From Cirrosporium novae-zelandiae (taxonomy: Eukaryota), in contig JAPETS010000040.1 of the NCBI GenBank assembly GCA_026023565.1, positions 238,968-258,967 on the forward strand: a stretch of 20,000 nt of DNA. The letters run 5' to 3'. A program made the position numbers and the translations under genes. This document shows positions 10,419-20,000 of this stretch, in pieces. Position 1 is the stretch's first letter; the number at the start of each line of letters is the position of its first letter. The notes beneath the pieces are model-generated. The model searched no databases and was not told the DNA's origin. It saw only the letters and a program-made list of their open reading frames with translations.

Positions 10419-12311
10419 ATGGCGAGCGGGAGACTTCCTTTCGTAGGTAGACTTTATCTGTAAGTACCTCCCTACCATGGATCACAACTTTCCTACTGGA
10501 ATTGTTTCGCAAATTCTTTATCTTTGTGCTTCTTCTTGGTGGCTGGGGTGGAAGGGATGCCATTCTATTATGATGAAACATTCATATGGGGCCTATTTGT
10601 GCTAATTATCATCCTTTCTTACTACACAGACGCGAATATCTTGCTCTCTTTGGCTCCTTTATTCTCATCTTTCTCGAAAGCACTATCAGAATAGCTACTC
10701 TCCTTCTTCGTACGTACAATAGTCCCAAGAATCTTTGGGCTTTTGTTTCTAATGGGTCATTGGCAGCTCAACCCATAATACAATTCTGCTACGATCGTTC
10801 CAAAACCGTATTCAACGCCTTCTCCTCTCCTCAAAGCCGTCAATCTCGCTCTAAAAGACGGACGATTACCCATTCCATAGCATGCGCAGCCGACTTCGTG
10901 GATCTATGTGCAATCTATGGCTATTATGCAGAGGAGCATGTGGTCCAGACAAATGACGGATACCTCCTTGGCTTACATAGACTTGCATGCCGCAAAGGTG
11001 AAGAAGGGCGCCTCGTAAATGCTGGACCAGGTAGTCTTAAGAAGAAAGTTATATATATGCATCATGGGCTTCTGATGAATAGCGAAGTATGGGTTTGCCT
11101 GACTGAAAAGGATCGCTGCCTTCCCTTTGCCCTTGTTGATGCTGGCTATGATGTTTGGTTAGGCAATAATAGTTTCGTGCCCCTTCCCAATAGCTACTGG
11201 ATTTTCTCTAATTCTTACAGGAGGAAATAAGTATTCGAAAAAATCAACGCTTCATTCCCCGACATCGACCGCTTTCTGGGATTTTTCCATTGACCAGTTT
11301 GCATTCTACGATATCCCAGATAGCATCAACTATATCCTATCAACCACAGGACAACCCTCGCTATCGTATATCGGCTTCTCGCAAGGAACTGCCCAAGCTC
11401 TTGCTGCATTGTCAACACACCCTTCCCTCAACAAAAAGGTGAATGTATTTATTGGACTTGCTCCTGCTATGTCCCCCGCCGGGCTTTCTAATGCTCTTGT
11501 GGATGCTATGATCAAAGCCTCTCCTTCTATAATTTTCTTGGCCTTCGGTAGACGTGGCATCCTCAGCTCAGCCGTGATGTGGCAATCGATACTCTATCCG
11601 CCCATCTTTATCCGGCTCATTGACGCTTCCATGTCCTTCTTATTCAATTGGGAAGTCAAGAACATTGCGACTCACCAGAAGCTTGCTGCTTACCCACATC
11701 TCTACTCTTTTACCAGCACCAAGAGCGTTGTTCATTGGTTCCAGATTATTCGGACAAAGTCTTTTCAGATGTACGACGATGATGTCCACGCTCCGTTCAG
11801 CATTGCTGCCCACGACCGTTATACCAAAGTTGCCAAATTCCCAACGCGCAATATAAAAACTCCTATTGTTTTGGTATACGGTGGCTCTGACAGTCTTGTT
11901 GATATCGACATCATGCTCAAGGAGCTACCTAATCATACTACTGCCAGGGAAGTGCCGCATTTTGAGCATCTCGACTTTCTATGGGCACAAGATGTTGATA
12001 CGTTGGTATTCCCTTACGTTTTCGATGCCCTTGCACAATACGCCAGCGATAGCTTAGATCTAGAAGGCGAAGATGGTACATATTCCCCAGCAAAGTTCGA
12101 TGGTACTACAGGTTATGAACCAATCTCGCCACTGGCGATTCGCAAAACAGGGGAAACGATCAGACGGGGTAACAGAAGTAGGAACAAGAGAACGAATAGC
12201 ATGGGGAGTGCGTTGAGCCTTGAGAGCACTGGGACCTCAGCAAGGATAGCGAATGGAGGCATCTCTATTGGACCGGCCACTGCGACAGTAGGTACAGTGA
12301 CGAAAAAATGA
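10419..12311 (+). CDS. Alpha/beta-hydrolase lipase / sterol esterase (Tgl1/Yeh-like, abhydro_lipase domain) with N-terminal membrane anchor, 538 aa
   Basis: Exons 10419-10459, 10630-10709, 10767-11171 and 11221-12311. The spliced product starts MASGRLPFVGRLYLREYLALFGSFILIFLE (TM). Motifs: EEHVVQTNDGYLLGLHRL, HHGLLMNSEVW, GYDVWLGNNRGNKYS (restored by splicing), nucleophile GFSQG, GGSDSLVD and catalytic His in FEHLDFLW. Confidence 0.92.
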
Positions 12312-13325
12312 TAGAGGATTTAGGTGTTTGCGTGCGCTGCTCCTTGATACATAGCTTACTGGGTAGGATATATTTTTTAAGGTGGATATCTGATAACACT
12401 AAATTGACTGTCCAAGGGTTCTCCTCTCCAGCGATGTATTTATTCTTTCTAGCATATTTCTGAATGTTGATTAGATCATTGGTGATAAAATCAATGGAAC
12501 CGAATAGGCTTCTCCATTTATACTGCAGCCTGAGGCATATATATATATAACCAGTGGGGGCGGAAAAGAGTCAATCCATCGCTTGTCAAAATACGTCGCT
12601 ACTTCGAGAAGGTTGGAATCTCTCGCTTGCTTGGTAATTTATTTTCTTCTGGGTATCATTGGCCACGTTTCATGAGATATTGTTTTATATAACGAAGTTT
12701 CAAAATGCAAAATAATGTTAATGAAAAATTCCATGGCTTGTTATGATCCTTCGCCACAGAAATCTTAAATGACAACTTCGTGCAACGGAGAGGACTGCCA
12801 GGGGCCATGACTAGTGTTTCATTAAGCTTCAACACGGCCTTATATTGTTTCAATAATATTGAAAATATATTGTTTTTCAATTCTTTCCACCGCTTCTGTC
12901 GCACTTGTCAATGCCAAATCATTTAGTTATCCAATTGAAATGTTGATTATTCTACAGGGCCCGTAATGGACCCCTTGGCCCCATCATTCTATCGTTCCGT
13001 ACCAGATAGCCGTCGTTCAGTAGTGGGTGGTCTAGTGGTCGTCATCAGGTTTCTAAACATTTCGGATGCCTTGATAAAACTCGAGCCATCTCCTCGAGTA
13101 TTTTTCCCCCTCATCGCTCCTCTCAATACTTTCGTGTGGGTGCTGTCTTTCTTTCCACTCAATTGCTGCTAGCCAGCCTTTACTTTCTTTTCTCTTTGAT
13201 CAGAGGTCCATTCTTTTCGACCCAGCTCCAATTGATTTGGACTGTAGCCTATCATTCTATCATTTAGCACTCCATTCACAAGTATACTACTATACACTCT
13301 CCTCTCTTTCAAACCTCCACTCAAA

Positions 13326-16300
13326 ATGCGAAGCGCAATCATTAACAGCGTTGTTGCTGTTGGCTGTATGGTCGGAGCTGCTGTAGCTGATGATGTTTCC
13401 GCTGCCTGGACTGATAGCAATACTGGCATTGAGTTCCAGCAATTTACTGATGCAGATACCGGATTTAGTGCTGGTATCGCACTTCCCGAAAGCCCCAAGT
13501 CAGACTTTATTGGAAACATTGTAGGCATATCCTTTGCAGTCATACAAAAGCAATCAACTGATATCTCTAGGTTCTTCCATTAAACAATTCAGAAGGATGG
13601 GGAGGCCTTAGTTTGACCGCAGAGATGGTGGGGTCCTTGCTGATTACAGCATGGCCTAACGGAGACAGTGTCATGGGCTCCATTCGTGAAACATCGTATG
13701 CATATCTCTATGATGAATCAAATTGAAAAAAAAGAAAAAAAAACGCTGACCAGTTTAGATCTTATGCGACACCTGCCGTTTATAGCGGTGACGCAACATT
13801 GGAACCGATCACGAATGGAACCTTCATCAACTCTACTCACATGTCTTATACTTTTCTTTGCTCTGGTTGTATTGTTGACGATCTCACCTTCACAGCTTCT
13901 GATACAGGCGCTGTCATGGGATGGGCCATGGCTGATACCAGCCCAACGACCCCAAGCAGTGCTTCAACTGCTTTTACCTACCACAGCAAAGGTTATGGTG
14001 ATTTCGAGATGTATTTATCTAAAGCTTACTCTGCCTCGTACTCCACTTGGGCATCGTATGCTAGCACATCCACATCTAGTGGAAACGCTACATCAACCGG
14101 AAACTCCACTGCATCTACTTCAAGCTCGACAGCCGCTCCATACTCAAATACTACATCCACATCTACGACATCCAATATTACTTATGATTATATCATTGCA
14201 GGCGCTGGGGCAGCGGGCATTATCGTCGCCGAGAGATTGGCGGAGACCAACAAGAGTGTTCTTTTATTGGAAAGAGGAGGTGTCTCAACCAAATCTAGCG
14301 GTAATAACGATACTCTTTCATGGAACGATACAATCACTGCTTATGATGTCCCTGCTCTGGCAAGCACGCTCTCTGAGATCGTCGATACCTACTGCACAGA
14401 TACCGCTGATATGGCCGGATGTCTTCTCGGAGGTGGAACCGAAGTTAATGCCTTGATGTTCGTTAAGCCCCAAGAAAAGGACTTCGATGATAAGTGGCCT
14501 ACGGGGTGGAAATGGAGCGATGTTGAGGAATATGCAAGCAAGCTCTATGAACGCAACCCTGGTACAATTCTACCCTCGGCGGATGGTAAATATTATGACC
14601 AGCCTGTCTACAATGTTCTGTCGTCATTTTTTAGCGGACTCGGTTGGAGCTCGGTGAATGCGATTGAAGAGCCAAACAAAAAAGAGAAAGTTTATAGTCA
14701 CCGTAAGTCTACACATTCTCTTTTGAAGCCGATTCCTGATTAACATTTCGTAGCCCCTTGGTCTATTCAGGACAGCGAGCGTGCTGGACCCGTTAGAACA
14801 TATCTTCCTTTGGCCCAAGGATTGGACAACTTCACTTTGAAGCTCAACACCAAGGTTCTCCGTGTGGTTCGTGACGGTAGTGCAATCACAGGTATCGAAA
14901 TAGAAAACTCAGATGGAAGCACAGAGATTATTAACATTAACACCGGTGGCAAAGTCATCCTGGCTGCTGGTACAATGTCAACCCCTCGCATACTGTTCAA
15001 TAGTGGTATTGGACCCAAGGCTCAGATCCAGACTGTTCAAAGTGGATCAACTGGCATCACGCTGCCAGATGAGGCAGATTGGATTGAGCTTCCTGTTGGC
15101 AAGAATTTGAAAGACCACCCGATCTTCACCGTTGAATTCAACACCAATAATAACTTCTCAGTATTCAACTTTGATACCGTGGAGACTGGCCCCAGTCTTA
15201 CCAACGAAGATCTCTACGCTCAAGGCTCTGGCCCAATTGCGCAAGGAGGTCAGCGCTTGAACTTCTGGACTACTGTCAATAGTACCGATGGCATCACTCG
15301 CTATATTCAAGGCACCACTAGTGCTGCTTCGGCCGGTGTAATAAAGATGAAGATCTATTTAACTCACGGACTGACATCAAGTGGCGTTCTCGGTATTACA
15401 TCTGATGGATATACCACATTTACAACTGATCCCTGGATGACAACTGCAGCTGATCAAACAGCCATTAACAACTTCATGCAATATATGATTGACGCCACCT
15501 CATCGTCTAACTCTACTCTCAGTATCGTTGGCAAGACCTCCAATATGACCGGGTCAGATCTCGCTACGGACTACGTAACTGGCGATCATTTTGTTGGCAC
15601 AGCCATCATGGGTACTAGCAACAATAGTGCTGTCGTTGACACCAACACCAAGGTTTTCGGAACCGACAACCTCTTCGTTGTTGATGGATCCATCCACCCC
15701 GATCTTCCTACCGGTAATACTCAAGCTATCATCATGGTCGTTGCTGAAGCTGCCGCTGCTAAGATTGCTGCACTGGACACATCCTCATCAACTTCGACTT
15801 CAAGTGTTGCTGCTTCTAGTGCGTCCGTTGGATCTCATGCTGTTACTTCAGTAGCTGCCTCTTCAGTGGCTGCCTCGGTGGTTACCACTATTGAGGGTTC
15901 CACCACGACTATTGTCAGTTATGTGACTGCTACCGCAGAGAGTTCAGACAGTGGTTCTGCTAGCTCTGGCCAATCGTCATCCGGCCAGTCCTCGGGCTCA
16001 TCCAGCTCCGGTCAATCCAGTTCAGGTTCATCCAATTCAGGAACATCCTCTTCTGATTCTTCGGACTCTGGATCTTCGTCGAGCTCTTCTAGTTCCAGCG
16101 CAAATGACTCGAACTCATCTGGTTCTGGCTCATCGAGCTCTAGTTCTACATCTGAATCTGGCTCATCTAGTTCGACATCTAGTTCCTCGGGCTCGTCCTC
16201 GAGCGATGCGGATGCTGAAGTGGTTGCAGCAATGGAAGAAATTATCCAAAAAATCATGGAAGAGTTGAAGGAGGTTATTGCTGAGGATTCAACCAACTCA

Positions 16301-16393
16301 ACTCTCAAGGCTAGAGGCTATGATCATACTCACGCTCACGCCAAGAGGGCACTTCTGAGTCACTTTGACTCTCTTCGCTCAAGTAAGCATTGA
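13326..16393 (+). CDS. cdh: Secreted cellobiose dehydrogenase-like flavocytochrome (AA8 cytochrome + AA3_1 GMC oxidoreductase) with long C-terminal extension, 967 aa
   Basis: Exons 13326-13520, 13571-13695, 13759-14702 and 14754-16393, all GT-AG with the frame restored. Signal peptide MRSAIINSVVAVGCMVGAAVA. Cytochrome motifs GWGGLSL, heme-ligand Met (AEMVGSLL, 13625), CSGC and His (FTYHSKGYG, 13982), then an S/T linker. FAD-binding YDYIIAGAGAAG, MAGCLLGGGTEVNA, GKVILAAG and VGKNLKDH. Catalytic His (GDHFVGT, 15587) and Asn (PTGN). Confidence 0.92.
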
Positions 16394-16591
16394 ACAGAGA
16401 AGGGACACACTTTCATGTATATAAATTTTTTGAGAATGAATGACACAATGTAGTGTCAATTGTGAGATAAATATGATTTTTTTTCGACATGGCTGTGTAG
16501 GGCAGGCCTTTCACCCTAGTCGATATTGATAGTATTTCCTTGATAACGCAATGATGATGTATTGTCTTGACATTGAGGGTTTGAGAATTTT

Positions 16592-16603
16592 GGGGGGGGG
16601 GGG
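16592..16603. repeat. Poly-G homopolymer
   Basis: Run of 12 G. Confidence 0.8.
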
Positions 16604-17030
16604 TGATGTAGATGCCTGACTAAGAACCAATGCCATTGTTGATTTGGCCAAAGGGCCTCTCGTACAGTACCAAAACAGATGGAATACGAAGTAGTAGGTA
16701 CACGTAGGCTTGGCGGGTAGGAAGGATTAAGAATTAATGAAAGTGAAAAAAAGGGTCAAAGAGATGAGGGAAGTGGTTGCAATAATATATGATTACTGTG
16801 ATGGTATTAGTGAAATGGGTATTAATGCATTGAAGCATTGATTGATAAAATAATAAATTGTTCAACAAGGAACATGGGACAAGAAGAGAAGTTGATGCAA
16901 CCAAGTAATTATTACGGTACGGGGGGGCTGAAGTATTAGGAACATCGGTACTAGAGTATTATTAAATAAGTAATGCACTTGCCTCTCCTTATTCCTTATC
17001 CCCAACCTACTGGACCCAGGAACAACTAAA

Positions 17031-17260
17031 CCACTAACCACTAACCACTCTCAAACCCACAGAATAACTGAACACTGACCACGGCCGTACTGCCTTCCTA
17101 ATTTACTTACTTACTTACCACTTTACTAACTTACTTCTTTTTGAAATCCACTTCTTCTTGTGTTGTGTTTCTCATATCTATCCCTTCGTCAAAATTCGAG
17201 GACTAACTCAACTTACTCTCCCTCCTCCTCCTCCTCCTCCCCCCCCCCACCCACCTACTC
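17031..17260 (+). repeat. Low-complexity pyrimidine-rich tract upstream of SHO1: (CCACTAA)2-3, (TTAC)4, (CCT)6 and poly-C; likely core promoter/5' leader
   Basis: ccactaaccactaaccact at 17031, ttacttacttacttac at 17103, cctcctcct...ccccccccc at 17221-17248. Confidence 0.6.
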
Positions 17261-17596
17261 ACTCTCGCTCTAAAACAGCTCCGCGCTGTTTTTCTCTTCT
17301 TCGAAGACCCACGGGCTGGATCCGTATTGCCTTAAACTTCTTCGACTTCTCCAACATCCCACTTTCGCAACAACGCGGTCACATTAATTATCGCCCTCGG
17401 CGCTCGTCTCCGCGCTTCGTTGTCGTCACTCCTTTAACCTTCTTCCATTCGATCAACCCAAAGTCCTTCATTCGTTTTCCTTGTCACGAGCTTGATAATA
17501 ATCAATCCCCCCCACAAACCGCCAGCCACCGTTCACTGATACGGTGTTATGTATGGTTCCCTTGACTCGCCAACAATTCAAAAGATAAACAATACC

Positions 17597-18714
17597 ATGA
17601 ACAATCGAGGGCGTTTTGGAGGAGGCTCCGGCTTCAGCCTGAGTAATATATTTGGCGATCCATTTGCGTTGGCGACAGTTTCAATTGCGGTGGTATGTCA
17701 GATATTGCGCAACTAAACAAAAAGTCATCACTGATTTTATCTAGCTCGCTGAACTTATTGCTCTTGTGGCTTCTGTCATCTCCGATATTCAATCTTCTTA
17801 TCCAAACTTCGCTTGGTGGACAATAGCGTACATGTTCTGTTGTGTCATCGGCGTTATCATCGTCATCGCTTCGGATTCCGCCCAAACTTATTCCGTAGCT
17901 GTATGTCACATACAATTGCTGAGTACCCTTTCATCAGACTAACGCCTTTCTAGATTGTCGGTTACCTTGCCGCAGGCCTCGTCTTCACCTCATCATCAAT
18001 CAATTCTCTTGTGTATGATCCATCGGGTTCAAAAGAAGCAGCCGCAGCTGGGTTCATCCTGCTCTCAATGGTCTCGGTATGGACGTCAGAATTCTAACGA
18101 CGATTGTGTTTCACTTAGCTGACTCTGGACTATATATAGATTGTTTGGATCTTCTACTTCGGCTCTACACCACAAGCTAGCCATCGCGGCTATATCGATT
18201 CTTTTGCACTTCATAAAGAACAGAGGTCATCTATGCGTAATAGCCAACCCATGTCTAACGGTCGCCCTGAGACTATATCTACCACCCAACCCCCACAGTT
18301 GTATACCTCGTCGCATCTAAATGGATTGGAGACATCCTCCCCTGTTTCAGGATATCCGGGAGGACCTGCAGGCTCAGAGAACCGCAACTCTCAGGCCCGA
18401 TTTGGTGCGCCGCCAGCCAGTTCACCCACGCCCGCAACCAACCCTGCCGAGGTTTCGCAACCTACAGAGTACCCATACCGTGCGAAAGCCATCTACTCTT
18501 ACGAAGCGAATCCTGATGATGCAAACGAGATCAGTTTTCAGAAGCATGAGATACTTGAAGTATCTGACGTGTCGGGACGGTCAGTATCCCATTCCTTCTA
18601 CACAGTGCTGTTTTTTTTTTTCGTTGGCTAATTTGTCTATGTAGTTGGTGGCAAGCTCGCAAAGATAATGGAGATATAGGGATCGCCCCTAGCAATTATC
18701 TTATCCTTTTATAG
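17597..18714 (+). CDS. SHO1: High-osmolarity signalling membrane sensor Sho1 (4 TM + C-terminal SH3), 294 aa
   Basis: Exons 17597-17692, 17745-17900, 17954-18076, 18140-18579 and 18645-18714. Motifs: [53 protein letters not shown] and SH3 [59 protein letters not shown]. Confidence 0.96.
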
Positions 18715-19873
18715 GCCTTCTCCTGATATCTGGGACACCCTGTACAATGATCACGCGGTTACGGTTTCTATTTCTCACTATTGTTCAAGTTTGGGTACTC
18801 GATACGATGAGACCTTTGCTGTCAACACAAAACGGCTTACGAGGGTTTCTGTATGTCGACGTCTAGAACTTCAGAATCTAAATTTTTTTTTTCACCTTGT
18901 GACTGGGAACTGGGCCTTTGAGTTTTTTTCTTAACTTTGTTTGATGGGTTATTTTTGGTAGCACAACGGAATTATACTAAGGCGAGGTTCAGGGGTGTTG
19001 TTTTCATTGATACCACCAATCTTCAGTCGGTCATCGCCCGCAAGCAGCAAAACAAAAATGCAATGAGTCGTAAATAATTCCTCTGGTTCTTTTTAGCATG
19101 TCTGGTGTTTCCTTAGCCCTGGGGTTTATGTGATGTACGCGATTGATACATTGTTACTTTTGATGTACAGAGTAAAGACCTTTTCGCCATGAGAGCTAAC
19201 GGCACCGTTTCTTCTTCCGGCAAGAGTTGCGAGAGATATGTTCTGCTTAACGGCTGCACCAATCAATTATTCCATTTCTATCAAGACTTTTTATCAATGA
19301 AAAATCCAGGCTCGTATATCTCCCTTTCCCAGACTCGGGAACCGGCCAATTAAGTCATGATAAGACGCGTGGCCGGTTCGGATCAGTTTGTCATTCACAT
19401 CCGACCAAATCCCGTTCTTGAATTTTCTTTGTAGAATTCGGCGACAAGGTGATTCCGTGTTTACTTTATCTTACGTCTGCTTAGAAAGTCCCCCCATTGA
19501 CCATGTAAGCCTCTAAGGGCTGTCTTTAACACTTTTTTGCTTTGCTCTTTACTGCTAAAATAGCTGGCAATGATGGTATATATATAAAATCGTGACATGT
19601 GTTTTTGACCAGGGCAACTTTTTTACTTTAACATTTAGTTATCACCAAGTTCCTGATAATCCATTGATAAAAGAGTGGCTAGTTTATTCCAATTAGGGAT
19701 ATCGTAAAATAAACCATTATTTGCTCAATTCACACCTTATGTTTTCTTTCAAAAATTTACATAACCCCGTCCATCCATCTCATCCCTTCATTTTACCCGT
19801 AAGTGTATATATCCCCCAAATCACATACAAAAAAAAAACATGTAACCATCCTCCTTCATCCCTAACAACACAG

Positions 19874-20000
<127 letters not shown>

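Noticed and set aside
13668..14456. 262-aa ORF overlapping cdh in another frame
   Set aside because: Frame-shifted shadow of the S/T-rich CDH exon that starts at GTG and runs through an intron.
16012..16308. Antisense acidic ORF (ELDEPE repeats)
   Set aside because: Mirror of the Ser-rich codons of the CDH tail.
16551..16619. C box (ATGATGA) and D box (CTGA) spaced like a C/D snoRNA
   Set aside because: The interior is poly-G, with no convincing terminal stem or recognisable rRNA-complementary guide.
17158..17565. 135-aa proline-rich ORF upstream of SHO1
   Set aside because: TTG start; the poly-Pro comes from a (CCT)n/poly-C leader tract.

Overview
Eukaryotic DNA from a filamentous ascomycete (Pezizomycotina-like), judged by short GT-AG introns with CTAAC/CTGAC-type branch points. 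I spliced five genes by hand: (1) a minus-strand Zn(II)2Cys6 transcription factor fused to a maltose/galactoside O-acetyltransferase-like domain (~1047-3197); (2) the kinetochore gene CHL4/CENP-N (8284-9975, minus); (3) a divergently oriented Tgl1/Yeh-type membrane-anchored lipase (10419-12311); (4) a secreted cellobiose dehydrogenase (AA8+AA3_1) with an unusual ~200-aa C-terminal extension (13326-16393); (5) the osmosensor SHO1 (17597-18714). A ~5 kb ORF-poor region upstream of the TF holds clustered and phased short motifs. The window ends in a (CAA)42+ run directly after a consensus intron. The best leads are the apparent loss of catalytic residues in the TF's acetyltransferase domain, the CDH tail, a Trp-to-Glu change in Sho1 TM1, and a possible spliced polyQ gene at the right edge. 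I saw no mobile elements, RNA genes or CRISPR arrays. No database searches were run, so family calls rest on motif recognition.
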